Below, piece after piece: positions 1 to 11,080 of a stretch of DNA of 64,000 nucleotides (its first letter is position 1; the number at the start of each line of letters is the position of its first letter). The DNA lies in contig JBDRML010000029.1 in NCBI GenBank assembly GCA_043812195.1, forward strand, positions 32,001 through 96,000, read 5' to 3'. Origin of the DNA: Candidatus Woesearchaeota archaeon (GTDB lineage Archaea; Nanobdellota; Nanobdellia; SCGC-AAA011-G17; PNOQ01). A model generated the notes under the pieces. That model saw only the letters and a program-made list of their open reading frames with translations. It did no database searches and was not told the origin of the DNA. The translations under genes were made by a program, and so were the position numbers.

Positions 1-317
1 CAGATTATGTTTATAATGAAACAGAAGCAAGAGACGCTATATCAGAAGGAATTAATAATACAATACCAACAGCAACCCAATATCAGGACCAGCAGATTTA
101 TACAGTTACATTAAACAATACTCAGACTACAGGATATTTTGATTTTATAGCTATTTTAAACAATCAGACATGGGCATTTAATTATTTAACTGGAAGCGAT
201 TCTTATACTAATGTTAATTCTTTAAGTTATATTGTCAATGTCTGGGAAAACGAAAAATTAAACTATGATGAAATTGTTACTCAAGTAGAGAGTTTGATAA
301 ATGATACAAAAATTTGA
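1..317 (+). CDS. 3' end of a hypothetical (probably secreted/surface) protein, truncated by window edge
   Basis: Open frame from position 3 (DYVYNETEARDAISEG...LINDTKI) to TGA at 315-317; N/T-rich. Confidence 0.6.
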   Translation, partial: DYVYNETEARDAISEGINNTIPTATQYQDQQIYTVTLNNTQTTGYFDFIAILNNQTWAFNYLTGSDSYTNVNSLSYIVNVWENEKLNYDEIVTQVESLINDTKI

Positions 318-326
318 AGTTTTTAT

Positions 327-800
327 TTAATATTTGAGTCCTTTCCTCTTTTGTTTATACTTAAATAAGATATAAAGAAGATAAATTCCAACTATACCAA
401 ATAAAATAACAAATATTATGTCAATTGGATCTTTATCTGCTAACACTTTTACAAATGGATGTGCTGCAATAAGAATTAAAATAACTGTAAGAGTAGAAAT
501 TGTTTCAGAGTGAAAAGAACTTTTTATGTTGAATCTATCAATATTCTTATCTAACCTATTAATGGATCTGCCAAATCTTACTTGATTAATGAATTCGTAG
601 CCTTCTATACTAATCTTAACTTTTTCATCTTTTTCGTGCAGAAATCTTTTGCCTTGAACCCCATCTTTTAAAGAAGACCAAAAATCATCGCTAATCTTAA
701 ATCCAATATTTTCAAGAGCTGTGCGACTATTAGAATTAGAATTTTTGTCAATTTCGTCTAAGATTTTAAATATTTGTTCTGTCTTTGAATTATTTTCCAT
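327..800 (-). CDS. Hypothetical membrane protein
   Basis: 157-aa ORF with two C-terminal hydrophobic segments. Confidence 0.6.
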   Translation of the reverse strand: MENNSKTEQIFKILDEIDKNSNSNSRTALENIGFKISDDFWSSLKDGVQGKRFLHEKDEKVKISIEGYEFINQVRFGRSINRLDKNIDRFNIKSSFHSETISTLTVILILIAAHPFVKVLADKDPIDIIFVILFGIVGIYLLYILFKYKQKRKGLKY

Positions 801-930
801 AGAAAAAGAATTCTCAAAGTATTAAAAAATTTTTCTATATTATACTATTTAAACTGCTTATACAAATTTATACTTTCTAAAATAAACCACACAGAAACCT
901 ATATAAACAAACAAAACTCAGATTTTTATA

Positions 931-2274
931 ATGACATTAGAATTAATGGCCGTTGGCGGTTATTCAGAAGTTGGAAAGAATATGACCGCAATAAAATACA
1001 ATGATGAAGTAGTAATTTGCGATATAGGTTACTTTATACCAAAATTAATAGATTATGAAGAACTAGAAGGAACTAACAAAAGAACTTCAATGGGACTAAA
1101 AAGAATAGGAGCAGTTCCAGATGACAGAGTTCTAAAACCATGGCAAAACAAAGTAAAAGCCATAGTTTCAACACATGCTCATTTAGATCATATAGGAGCC
1201 ATTCCATTCTTAGCAGATAAATACAACAGCTGTCCAATAATAGCTACACCATTTACCATAGAAGTTCTAAAAGGAGAACTCAAAAACGAAAAAATTAAAA
1301 TTTCAAATCCTCTAAAAGTTCTAAATGCAGGTTCTATATTAAAAATTTCAAAAAATATTCAAATAGAATTCATTAATTCAACACATTCTACACCTCAAAC
1401 AGTTATAATAGCAATTCACACACCAGACGGCACAGTAATTTACACAAACGATTTCAAATTAGATAATAATCCTACTCTAGGAAAAAAACCAGATTATGAT
1501 AGAATGAAAAAGATTGCAAGTGAAAAAGAAGTGGTAGCTTTGATTACAGATTCATTATATGCAGATACAGAAGGCAAAACACCTTCAGAAGCAATAGCAA
1601 AACAAATGCTTAAAGATGTTTTATTGGGGATTGATAACGAAAAAAATGCTATAATAGTCACAACATTTGCGAGCCATATTGCAAGACTAAAAAGTATTGT
1701 AGAATTAGGAAAAAGAATGCATAGAAAAGTAGTATTCTTAGGCAGAAGTTTAGCAAAATACTCAGCAGCAGCTGAAAATATTGGATTAGTTAATTTTACT
1801 CAAGATGTAGAAATAGCAGGTTATTCAAGACAAATTCAAAAGAAACTACAACAAATAGAAAAAAAAGACAGACATAAATATCTAATAGTATGTACAGGAA
1901 ATCAAGCAGAAGAAGGAAGTGTTTTAGTAAGATTATCAACTGGAAAATTACATTTCAAATTCATCAATGGTGATCATGTAATATTCTCATGCAGAACAAT
2001 ACCAGCAGAAGACAATATATTAAACAGAGCTAAGTTAGAAACAAGATTAAAACAAAAAAAAGTAAGAATTTTCAAAGATATTCATGTTTCAGGTCACGGC
2101 CATAGAGAAGATATCGTAGAACTAATCAACCTATTCAAACCAAAAATATTAATTCCATCACACGCAGGACACGATAAAGCAAAACACACTTTAGATATAG
2201 GAAAAGATTTAGGATATAAGAATAATAAAACAATGTTTATGCTTTCTGACGGAAGAACATTAAAGCTAAAATGA
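931..2274 (+). CDS. rnj: Ribonuclease J (beta-CASP metallo-beta-lactamase)
   Basis: GGYSEVGKNM, THAHLDHIG, STHS, C-terminal HVSGH motifs. Confidence 0.92.
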   Translation: MTLELMAVGGYSEVGKNMTAIKYNDEVVICDIGYFIPKLIDYEELEGTNKRTSMGLKRIGAVPDDRVLKPWQNKVKAIVSTHAHLDHIGAIPFLADKYNSCPIIATPFTIEVLKGELKNEKIKISNPLKVLNAGSILKISKNIQIEFINSTHSTPQTVIIAIHTPDGTVIYTNDFKLDNNPTLGKKPDYDRMKKIASEKEVVALITDSLYADTEGKTPSEAIAKQMLKDVLLGIDNEKNAIIVTTFASHIARLKSIVELGKRMHRKVVFLGRSLAKYSAAAENIGLVNFTQDVEIAGYSRQIQKKLQQIEKKDRHKYLIVCTGNQAEEGSVLVRLSTGKLHFKFINGDHVIFSCRTIPAEDNILNRAKLETRLKQKKVRIFKDIHVSGHGHREDIVELINLFKPKILIPSHAGHDKAKHTLDIGKDLGYKNNKTMFMLSDGRTLKLK

Positions 2275-2453
2275 AACTTAAACCAATATTAGCAATAATA
2301 ATCATAATAGTATTAATTTTAAATATAATTCTCTATGTTTTAAGCACAATATCAACCTTATTATTTTGGATAATTTTATTAATAGCTTTCGGTATAAGTT
2401 ATTATATAAAAAAGGGAAATAAAAATGTCAGGTCCAGCTCACGGAAAAAATAA
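2271..2453 (+). CDS. Small membrane protein
   Basis: 60 aa, two hydrophobic helices, start overlaps rnj stop (ATGA). Confidence 0.55.
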   Translation: MKLKPILAIIIIIVLILNIILYVLSTISTLLFWIILLIAFGISYYIKKGNKNVRSSSRKK

Positions 2454-2649
2454 AATAAAAGTAGAAGTATATATTCATGAAAAAGGTAAAGCTGGAGCAA
2501 GAATCACACATTTAGACATAGAAGGCGAACAAATTTCTAAAATAATTAAACCAGGAGAAATAACATTCATTAAAGGCAAACCAGGCGGAGCATTCATAGC
2601 TCTAAAAAAAGATATGATTAAAAGAGCTGAAAAATTAATAAAAAAATAA
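2425..2649 (+). CDS. Small hypothetical protein
   Basis: 74-aa ORF with normal codon usage, operonic with upstream genes. Confidence 0.6.
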   Translation: MSGPAHGKNKIKVEVYIHEKGKAGARITHLDIEGEQISKIIKPGEITFIKGKPGGAFIALKKDMIKRAEKLIKK

Positions 2650-2662
2650 ATTATTAAATTTG

Positions 2663-3007
2663 TTACCTTTTCCTTCTAAAACGTGGAACATAAAATACTC
2701 GTTCATCAAATGGGGTTCCTGGTAATTTTGCTTTTTCATATTCAATGTAACGTAATGGATCTAAAACAGTATTTCTTATAATAGAACCATCAAATTCAAA
2801 ATTGTTATACCTTAAAGAATACCAATCTATAAACCCCTGATCGTATAAAAATAGTAAAGAATTTTTCACTTCATCTTCAGGATACATAGTCTCAACAATA
2901 ATATCAGAATGAACCATATTAAATTGATTTAGAATAAGCAATACTTTAAATGCTATTCCATCTTTCGGTAATTCAGACACATCTCTTAGTTTTTCTTTTT
3001 TGTCCAT
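2663..3007 (-). CDS. Hypothetical protein (possible winged-helix)
   Basis: 114-aa ORF with upstream TATA-like element. Confidence 0.5.
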   Translation of the reverse strand: MDKKEKLRDVSELPKDGIAFKVLLILNQFNMVHSDIIVETMYPEDEVKNSLLFLYDQGFIDWYSLRYNNFEFDGSIIRNTVLDPLRYIEYEKAKLPGTPFDERVFYVPRFRRKR

Positions 3008-3083
3008 ATTTTATAAATATTATAATCAGAAATATAAACTTTTCTAAAAAGGTTTAAAAACAACAACAGATTCTCTTTCTTAA

Positions 3084-3737
3084 ATGACATTTATCGCAAT
3101 AGCAGGAAACATAGCCGCAGGAAAAACTACATTAGGCAGAATAATAGGAAAAAAATTAGAATTCAAATTACATGAAGAGCCAATTAACCCCGAAACATTA
3201 AGCGCATTCTATAAAGATATAGAAAATAATGTCAAACCATCAGAAAGAGCATTCCTATTTCAAAAAAGTTTTCTAGGATTAAGAACTGCAGTAATGGCAG
3301 ACGCTCAAATGACTGGAAGAAACTGCATACAAGACAGAACTGTTTTTGAGGATAGATATGTATTTGCCGAATCATTGCATAATCAAGGATTTATTTCTGA
3401 TGAAAAATTTAATATATATTGTAGCCTTTATACGCTACAGATGACTGATTTAAAACACCCAGATTTATTAGTTTATTTAGATGCTCCCATAGAAAAACTA
3501 AGAGAAAGAATAAATAAAAGAGGAAGAATAAGTGAAATATCATTAATAGATCCAAACAATAAATATTTAGAACATCTAGATGAATTATATAAAAAAATGA
3601 TGAGTAAATATGAAGGAACATCAATTCATATAGACACAAAAGAACTCGATTTAGAATCTAATTTTAGTGATCAAGAATATGTATCAAACCTTATAAGTGG
3701 TTTTTTGAAATACAGATTACAAAACGTTAAAAAATAA
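3084..3737 (+). CDS. Deoxynucleoside kinase (dAK/dGK family)
   Basis: GNIAAGKTT P-loop, QDRTVFED, PDLLVYL, RINKRGR lid motif. Confidence 0.9.
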   Translation: MTFIAIAGNIAAGKTTLGRIIGKKLEFKLHEEPINPETLSAFYKDIENNVKPSERAFLFQKSFLGLRTAVMADAQMTGRNCIQDRTVFEDRYVFAESLHNQGFISDEKFNIYCSLYTLQMTDLKHPDLLVYLDAPIEKLRERINKRGRISEISLIDPNNKYLEHLDELYKKMMSKYEGTSIHIDTKELDLESNFSDQEYVSNLISGFLKYRLQNVKK

Positions 3738-3860
3738 GTAAAATATATAAATAAGTAAAATAAAATAAAGGTATAAAATGGGCGCAGATTCAAACGGTTA
3801 AGGATAAAGTATATCATTTAGTATAACTATATTTTTTAAATAAGGTTAATTCTCTTTATT

Positions 3861-5045
3861 ATGAAATTCGCTCACATGGCTGACTGTCATATTGGTGGTT
3901 GGTCAGAACCAGAACTTGAAAAATTAGGTATTAAATCATTTGAAAAAGCTATAGACATTTGTATTAAAAAACACGTAGCTTTTGTAATAATAGCTGGAGA
4001 TTTATTCAATACTTCATTACCCCCAATAGACTTAATCAAAGAAACAACAAGAATCCTAAACAAATTAAAAGAACAAGAGATCTCATGCTACATAATTCCT
4101 GGCTCACACGATTATTCTCCATCTGGAAAAACAATGATAGATGTATTAGAAAAAGCTACTTTAGTTGAAAATGTAGCAAAATATAACGAAACAGATGGGA
4201 AAATTAAACTAAAATTCACCACAGACAAAACAGGAGTCAAATTAACAGGGATATTCGGTAAAAAACAAGGTCTAGAAACAGAATTCTATAAATCATTAGA
4301 CAGAACAAACTTAGAACAAGAAAAAGGAACAAAAATATTTCTATTCCACACCCTATTATCTGAACTAAAAACAAAAGAACTAGAAATGGTAAATTCAGAA
4401 TCTTTAGCAATTTTACCTAAAAACTTCAATTATTATGCTGGTGGACATCCACATATAGTAAAATCAACAAATAAAGAAGGCTATGGTCTAATCGCTTATC
4501 CTGGCCCAATATTCCCAAATAATTTTGCAGAACTAGAAAAATTAAAACACGGTGGTTTTAATATCCTTAATGATAATTTTGAAATAGAACACATCCCAAT
4601 TGAATTAAAAGAAGTAATTAGTTTAAAAGTAGATGTTAATGATAAATCACCTCAAGAAGCTCAAGAAATAATAATAAAAGAAATCAGAAATAATGACATA
4701 AAAGACAAAATACTAATTTTAAGAATATTCGGAGCATTAAATTCAGGAAAAATATCAGATATCAACTTCAAAGACATATTAAGCGAAACAAAAGAATCAT
4801 ACATCACACTAAAAAACACAAATAAATTAACAACAAAAGAATTTGAAGAAATTAAAGTAGAGACAGGCAACGTGACTGATGTAGAAGACAAAATTATAAC
4901 AGAAAATATTAAAGAAGACTCAATTCTTAATAAAGAAAAAATAGTTGCTTTAATGGATATTTTATCCTTGGAAAAACAAGAAGGCGAAACAAACTCAACT
5001 TTTGAAGAAAGATTAATTAAAAACATTGAAGAAACTCTAAAATAA
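3861..5045 (+). CDS. mre11: Mre11/SbcD nuclease
   Basis: ADCHIG, AGDLF, PGSHD, GGHPH, YPG phosphoesterase motifs; near rad50. Confidence 0.88.
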   Translation: MKFAHMADCHIGGWSEPELEKLGIKSFEKAIDICIKKHVAFVIIAGDLFNTSLPPIDLIKETTRILNKLKEQEISCYIIPGSHDYSPSGKTMIDVLEKATLVENVAKYNETDGKIKLKFTTDKTGVKLTGIFGKKQGLETEFYKSLDRTNLEQEKGTKIFLFHTLLSELKTKELEMVNSESLAILPKNFNYYAGGHPHIVKSTNKEGYGLIAYPGPIFPNNFAELEKLKHGGFNILNDNFEIEHIPIELKEVISLKVDVNDKSPQEAQEIIIKEIRNNDIKDKILILRIFGALNSGKISDINFKDILSETKESYITLKNTNKLTTKEFEEIKVETGNVTDVEDKIITENIKEDSILNKEKIVALMDILSLEKQEGETNSTFEERLIKNIEETLK

Positions 5046-5079
5046 TAAGATTTATAAATAAATTCAGATTAGCAAATTT

Positions 5080-5535
5080 ATGCCATTAATAAAAAAATTA
5101 AAATATAGACTTCCAAAAGAAGAAGAACCAAAACCAGAATATATTTTAAAAGTTTTAAAAGATGTTCAAACTTCTATAAACTCAAATATTCCATATCCAA
5201 TAAAAACCTTAACTAGAATTTTAGACATAATTGAACCAGGCATATACACTGTGCTAGAAAAAACAGGCAGTTTAGAAATGGACTTTAGAGCAGTAAGAAA
5301 ACTAATTGAAGATTATAAGCTGCAATCAACACCAGGTTGTCGTTCTTGTACTCATGTTGGAAAAACATTAGAGATGACATTTTGTTCATTAAAAGAATCA
5401 GAAAAAACAGCTAGAAGAAGTGGCAATCTTTACGAATATGGATCATCACCTACTGTTGATCAGCATTTATTCAAACCATGTGAAGATTGGCAGGAAAAAT
5501 ACCCTACAATAGAAAAAATTATAGAAAATTCATAA
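5080..5535 (+). CDS. Hypothetical protein with Cys cluster, between mre11 and rad50
   Basis: 151 aa; CRSCTH...FC...PCEDW. Confidence 0.6.
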   Translation: MPLIKKLKYRLPKEEEPKPEYILKVLKDVQTSINSNIPYPIKTLTRILDIIEPGIYTVLEKTGSLEMDFRAVRKLIEDYKLQSTPGCRSCTHVGKTLEMTFCSLKESEKTARRSGNLYEYGSSPTVDQHLFKPCEDWQEKYPTIEKIIENS

Positions 5536-5579
5536 TTAAACACAATAATTCTTAATAAATAATACACATTCTACTTTTT

Positions 5580-7637
5580 ATGTTACTAAAAAAAATAAAA
5601 CTAGAGAATATTAGATCATATCTAAATCATGAGATAAACTTTCCAGAAGGTTCTACATTATTATCAGGAAATATAGGCTCAGGTAAATCAACTATCTTAT
5701 TAGCAATAGATTTCGCTTTATTCGGATTAAGAAAAGGAGAATTATCCGGATCAGCATTACTAAGAAATGGGACCCAAAATGGATCAGTAGAATTGCATTT
5801 CAAAATAGAAAATAAAGACATAGTAATAAAAAGAACTCTAAAAAAAGATTCAAAATCAATATCACAAGCAGAAGGTTTTATGTTAATAGATGACGCAAAA
5901 CAAATTTTATCAGCACAAGAATTAAAACAAAGAATATTAGAATTATTCAATTACCCAAAAGAACTTCTAACAAAAACTAAATCTTTAATATATAAATACA
6001 CAATATACACACCACAAGAAGAAATGAAACAAATTCTATTAGGAGATAAAGACTTTAGACTAGATACTCTAAGAAAAGTTTTCGGAATAGATAAATACAA
6101 AAGAATAAATGAAAATTTAATAATATATGTAAAATATCTAAAAGACCAGAAAAAATTTCTAAAAATAAAAACAGATGATCTATATCAAAAACAAGAAGAA
6201 AAAGAAAAAGAACTTCTTAAAGAAAAAGAAATCCAATCACAATTAACAATTTTAAACAGTCAAATCATAAATTCAGAAACTCAATTAAAAGAAAAAAAAC
6301 AAACTCTTGAAACCACAGAATCTAAAATAAAAGAATTAACAGAAATAAAACAGAGAATAGCTCTTAATGAAAATAATTTATTACATTTTATCAACCAAAA
6401 AGAGGTAAACTCAAAGAAATTAGAAGAAATAAAAATAGAAATCCAGCAAACAAAAATATCTCAAGAACCTATAAATTTAGAATCAATAAGACAAAGAATA
6501 AAAGACAAAGAAAAAGATATAACAAACATAGAAGCTAAAAATAAAAACACATTATTCAAAACTCATGAAGCTGAAATTAAAATAACAAATTCTGAAAATA
6601 TTAAAACAAACATAAATAAATTAGATCATTGTCCAACATGCAAACAAAAAGTCACAGAGCAACATAAACACAAAATAGAAGAAATAGAAGATTTAGAAAT
6701 CAAACAATATAAAGAAATTCTAGAACAAGAGAATAAACAAAAACAAAAAAACGAATCTCAAGTTAAAGAAATAAAAATAGAAATAGAAGAATTAAGAAAA
6801 AAAGAATCCGAATTAACTCTATTAAAACTAAAAGTAGAAAGGTTAGAAGATAAAAACAAACAACTTCAAATATTAACTCAAGAACAAGAAGAATTAAAGA
6901 AAAAAATAGGAGAAATAAACATAAAAAAAATAGAACTAAATGAAAAGCTAGAAAATTACAAAGGAATAGAAGAAATAAATAAAGAAATAAAAGAACAATT
7001 AGAAACAATACAACAAGAACACAGAAAATTAGAAATTCAAAATGCATCTTTAAACAACGAATTCAAAAATATCTCAAAAAACATAGAAAATTTAGAAAAA
7101 GAAATCATAGAGAAAAAACAAACACAAAATAAAATAATACAAATCACAAAACTGCAAGACTTTTTAGAAATACATTTCTCAAATTTAATGCAAACTATGG
7201 AAAGACAAATCATGCTAAGAGTCCATCAAGACTTTGATTCTCTATTCCAAAAATGGTTCTCCCTATTAATAAACAATGAACAATTACAAATCAAACTAGA
7301 TTATGAATTCTCACCACAAATAATACAAAATGGCCATGATATAGAATACACTAATTTATCTGGGGGAGAAAAAACAGCAGCAGCATTAGCATACAGATTA
7401 TCTTTAAATCAAACCATAAACAAATTAATGTCAAAAATTAAAACAAAAGATATAATTATATTAGACGAACCAACAGACGGTTTCTCAGCAGAGCAAATAG
7501 ACAGAATGAGATTAGTTTTAGACGAACTAGAAGTAAAACAATTAATTATAGTAAGTCACGATGCAAAGATAGAAAGTTTTGTAGATAACGTAATAAGATT
7601 AAATAAACAAGAACATATTAGTTCTATTCTTAACTAA
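5580..7637 (+). CDS. rad50: Rad50/SbcC ATPase
   Basis: GNIGSGKS Walker A, coiled coil, CPTC zinc hook, LSGGE signature, ILDEPT Walker B. Confidence 0.92.
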   Translation: MLLKKIKLENIRSYLNHEINFPEGSTLLSGNIGSGKSTILLAIDFALFGLRKGELSGSALLRNGTQNGSVELHFKIENKDIVIKRTLKKDSKSISQAEGFMLIDDAKQILSAQELKQRILELFNYPKELLTKTKSLIYKYTIYTPQEEMKQILLGDKDFRLDTLRKVFGIDKYKRINENLIIYVKYLKDQKKFLKIKTDDLYQKQEEKEKELLKEKEIQSQLTILNSQIINSETQLKEKKQTLETTESKIKELTEIKQRIALNENNLLHFINQKEVNSKKLEEIKIEIQQTKISQEPINLESIRQRIKDKEKDITNIEAKNKNTLFKTHEAEIKITNSENIKTNINKLDHCPTCKQKVTEQHKHKIEEIEDLEIKQYKEILEQENKQKQKNESQVKEIKIEIEELRKKESELTLLKLKVERLEDKNKQLQILTQEQEELKKKIGEINIKKIELNEKLENYKGIEEINKEIKEQLETIQQEHRKLEIQNASLNNEFKNISKNIENLEKEIIEKKQTQNKIIQITKLQDFLEIHFSNLMQTMERQIMLRVHQDFDSLFQKWFSLLINNEQLQIKLDYEFSPQIIQNGHDIEYTNLSGGEKTAAALAYRLSLNQTINKLMSKIKTKDIIILDEPTDGFSAEQIDRMRLVLDELEVKQLIIVSHDAKIESFVDNVIRLNKQEHISSILN

Positions 7638-7671
7638 AAAACCTTATAAAATCAATCATCCTACCTAAACT

Positions 7672-8238
7672 ATGCCAGAAATCATAGATTTTAAGGATAT
7701 CAATAAAAATGATATTATAAAAAGAATAAAGGCTGGAGAAATTTTCATATATCCAACAGATACTATATATGGAATAGGATGTAATGCTCTAAAACCAGCT
7801 TCAGTTCAACTAATAAAAGATATAAAAAAAAGAGAAGATAGACCTTTCTCAATAATAGCACCATCTAAAGAATGGATCAATAAAAACCTAAAAGTTCCTA
7901 ATAAGTCCTACATACAAAAATTACCAGGCCCTTACACATACATCTTAGAAATAAAAAAAAGAGCAACAGCAAGAAATGTCAATCCAGGTTACAAGACGTT
8001 AGGAGTAAGAATACCAAACCATCCATTCACAAACTTAGTAAAATCAGCAAATGTACCTTTCATAACAACATCAGTCAATTTATCAGAACAAAAACCAATT
8101 AGAAGCATAAAAGAGATTCCAAGATCAATAAAGAAAAAAGTAGATATTATCATAGATAATGGCTATTTACCAAATTATCCTTCTACCATAATAGATTTAA
8201 CACATACACCACCAAAACTCATAACAAGAAGGCTATAA
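7672..8238 (+). CDS. sua5: Threonylcarbamoyl-AMP synthase (Sua5/YrdC/TsaC)
   Basis: YPTDTIYGIGC, KKR..RP, PGPYT, GVRIP, TSVNLS motifs. Confidence 0.9.
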   Translation: MPEIIDFKDINKNDIIKRIKAGEIFIYPTDTIYGIGCNALKPASVQLIKDIKKREDRPFSIIAPSKEWINKNLKVPNKSYIQKLPGPYTYILEIKKRATARNVNPGYKTLGVRIPNHPFTNLVKSANVPFITTSVNLSEQKPIRSIKEIPRSIKKKVDIIIDNGYLPNYPSTIIDLTHTPPKLITRRL

Positions 8239-8290
8239 CTACTAAAAAATAACATTTATATACTAAAAAATAAAGTCAAATATATCCAAA

Positions 8291-8665
8291 ATGGACCAAG
8301 ATAAGATATATGAACATAGTATATAAAGACAATTAAGAGAAAATTCTGAAGCATATCACCAATTAGACTATTTTTTAAGAGAAACAATGAAATTAAATAG
8401 AAAATTACCAGAAGGTCCAAGATATGCATTAATAGACACTAAAAATACAAATGGTATCTCTAGCGAAGGATATGGGTTATTATTAGAAGCCAATAGGGCA
8501 TTAAGAGCTCGTAATGGATATTTAGTTTTACACAGTTTTAACAAAACAATTGAAAATAAACTAAGAATAACTAAATTAAACACCATATTTACTATATTCA
8601 ATACAAGAGAAGAAGCTCTGGAATTTCTAGCAGAAGAATCAGAGAACCCATTCGCCAGGTTCTAA
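8291..8665 (+). pseudogene. STAS-domain (anti-anti-sigma-like) protein with in-frame TAA at 8324-8326, or a shorter product from ATG 8387
   Basis: ID...ISSEGYGLLL...LRITKLNTIFTIFNTREEAL resembles STAS; upstream ATG 8291 is in frame across one TAA. Confidence 0.55.
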
Positions 8666-8709
8666 AACTACAAAAAGCTTATAAATTTGCACGCATTCTC
8701 CCAAACCTA

Positions 8710-10116
8710 ATGAAAAAAAGAGTCTTATTCTGGATACTATTAATTCTCATAATTATACCAATTTCATACTCAGCAGATATATTGCTAATGGAATCTCCTT
8801 TACAAGATATTATTGTAGGAGATAATGGAGAAGTTCAATACACAGTTCTAATTACAAACAATCAAGAAGTAAAAGACAGCTTCAGATTTGTACTCCCATC
8901 AGTATATACAGGTTGGAGAATAGAAAATGTACCAGCCCAAATAACAATACAATCACTAGAATCAGAAGATGTTTTATTAAAGATTATACCAACAAAACTT
9001 CCTTTACCAGATGATTACGGACTAGGCATTAAGGTAGTTTCAAATGCAAATGAAAGCCAGTTCATAGAACATACATTTACATTCAAAGTTGTAACATATA
9101 AAGATGCAATCAAAACCAAATTAATAGCACCAGAAAATATAAACCCAAATCAAGAAAATCTAATAAGAGTACAATTAGAAAATAAATATGATGTAACAAT
9201 TAAAGATATCAAACTAATTTTAGAAAATGAATATTTTACAGAAGAAATGTTAATAGCTTTAAGACCATACGAAACTGTAACAAAGGATTTTGTAATTAAT
9301 TTTGAACCTCCAGTAGAAAAGGGATTAACTGATGTTAAAATAAAAATCCAAAAAACAAAAGATGATCAAATAGTAATAGAAAAAACAGAAACAATAGAAG
9401 TAGGTGATTTCGATATAATAGAAAGTATAACAAGTCCTCTAAGTGAATTCTTACTAAAAAAAGAGGTTATAACAAAAACAAATAATGGCAACACAATATC
9501 CACAGAAACTTTCACAAAAAGAATCGGTTTTTTTGAAAAATTATTCACAAAAACAAATATAGATCCAAACCAAGTAACAAAAGATGGAAATTCTTATTTA
9601 TTAACTTGGGAATTTAAATTAGAACCTAATGAAACTAGATTAATAGAAATAGAAACAAACTACAGATATTTTATATTAGCACTTATAGTTTTAGCATTTT
9701 TAATTTATTTAATTTACAGAATGAGAAGAAGAGATTTATCAATTTCAAAAAAATTAACATACTTAACAAGATCTAAAGAAGGAATATCTTCAATGAATAT
9801 TCAATTATCAGTTAGAAACATTTCAGGAAAAACTCTTAATAACATAAAAGTTATGGACGCAACAATAAGAACCACAGAAAAACCAGATAATTTCGGTTCT
9901 TTAAAACCAAAAACAATACAGATAGGAGAATTTTCAACAAGAATGATGTGGGAAATTCCAGTTATTAGAAAAAATGAAGAAATCATAATATCATATACAG
10001 CTAAATCTAAAATCCCTTTAATGTTAGATGTTAAATTACCACCAGCAATGTTAAAATATATATCAGGAAAAAGAAGATTTATAATAAAATCAAATACTAT
10101 TAAATTATTCAGTTAA
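8710..10116 (+). CDS. Membrane-anchored surface protein (Ig-like/CARDB-type domains)
   Basis: N-terminal signal peptide, beta-rich domains, TM helix near residue 320-337. Confidence 0.65.
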   Translation: MKKRVLFWILLILIIIPISYSADILLMESPLQDIIVGDNGEVQYTVLITNNQEVKDSFRFVLPSVYTGWRIENVPAQITIQSLESEDVLLKIIPTKLPLPDDYGLGIKVVSNANESQFIEHTFTFKVVTYKDAIKTKLIAPENINPNQENLIRVQLENKYDVTIKDIKLILENEYFTEEMLIALRPYETVTKDFVINFEPPVEKGLTDVKIKIQKTKDDQIVIEKTETIEVGDFDIIESITSPLSEFLLKKEVITKTNNGNTISTETFTKRIGFFEKLFTKTNIDPNQVTKDGNSYLLTWEFKLEPNETRLIEIETNYRYFILALIVLAFLIYLIYRMRRRDLSISKKLTYLTRSKEGISSMNIQLSVRNISGKTLNNIKVMDATIRTTEKPDNFGSLKPKTIQIGEFSTRMMWEIPVIRKNEEIIISYTAKSKIPLMLDVKLPPAMLKYISGKRRFIIKSNTIKLFS

Positions 10117-10149
10117 CTTTATAAATAAAATACATACTTTTAATTCTAT

Positions 10150-10270
10150 CTCGCGGTAGCTCAATGGCAGAGTACTCGGCTGTAGATGCTATTCGACTAG
10201 GCGCTTAGCTTTGAATGAAAAATAGCCAGCCGATCCCGAGAGGTTGTGGGTTCAAATCCCACCCGCGAGA
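10150..10270 (+). tRNA. tRNA-Tyr(GTA) with ~49-nt intron at 37/38 (10186-10234)
   Basis: Acceptor CTCGCGG/CCGCGAG with C1-G72, anticodon GTA 10182-10184, T arm GTGGG-TTCAAAT-CCCAC; intron pairs GCTATT/AATAGC (relaxed BHB). Confidence 0.9.
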
Positions 10271-10333
10271 TATTTTTTTATCTTGCCATACACCACCAAA
10301 AATGATTTATAAATAAAAATTAATGTACAATTA

Positions 10334-10993
10334 ATGAGAATCACCAAGAAGTTAGCAGAGTTATGTGGTATCATAGTTGGAGATGGTTGTATAACTTATT
10401 ATAAAAAGAATGGTGATTATAAGGTAGAAATTTTTGGAGATTATAAAGAATTAGAATATCATAGTTACATAAAAACTCTTTTCAAAGAAATATTCAATAA
10501 AGAGCCAAAAACAAAATTGAATAAAGATGGAATTTCTCTTTGCTTACATTCAAAAGAAGTCTTAGACAAATTGATAGGATTAGGTATTCCAATAGGAAAG
10601 AAAAAAGATGTAATTAGAATTCCTCCCAAAATAATGTCAAACAAAGGATTAACAAAATGTTTTATTAGAGGATTAGCCGATACAGATTTCAGTGTTTGTT
10701 TTAAAAAAGGAGGAAGAATCAAAAACTCTTATCCTAGAATTACTGTAGAAATGCATTCTAAAAAACTGATAAAAGATATAAAACTAAGTTTGGAATCTTT
10801 AGGAATTACATGCTACTACTATGAAAGAACCAGAAATACACCTTTTGGTATATTTCAATCATATAGTTTAGATATAAATGGAAACAAAAAATTTGAAAAA
10901 TGGATGAGATTAATAGGATTTAAAAATAAAAAACATCTATCAAAAATAGAATTCTGGAAGAAAAACGGATATTATCAAAAGAATTGTTCTTAA
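10334..10993 (+). CDS. Free-standing LAGLIDADG homing endonuclease-like protein
   Basis: LAELCGIIVGDG and FIRGLADTDFSV motifs; 63 nt downstream of tRNA-Tyr. Confidence 0.85.
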   Translation: MRITKKLAELCGIIVGDGCITYYKKNGDYKVEIFGDYKELEYHSYIKTLFKEIFNKEPKTKLNKDGISLCLHSKEVLDKLIGLGIPIGKKKDVIRIPPKIMSNKGLTKCFIRGLADTDFSVCFKKGGRIKNSYPRITVEMHSKKLIKDIKLSLESLGITCYYYERTRNTPFGIFQSYSLDINGNKKFEKWMRLIGFKNKKHLSKIEFWKKNGYYQKNCS

Positions 10994-11080
10994 TTCCTGT
11001 TAAGTACGTCAAATTTAAAATCTTTCAGCAACATTTTTATTTATTCTAGAAATAATTTTTTCATTAAATCATTCAAATTT

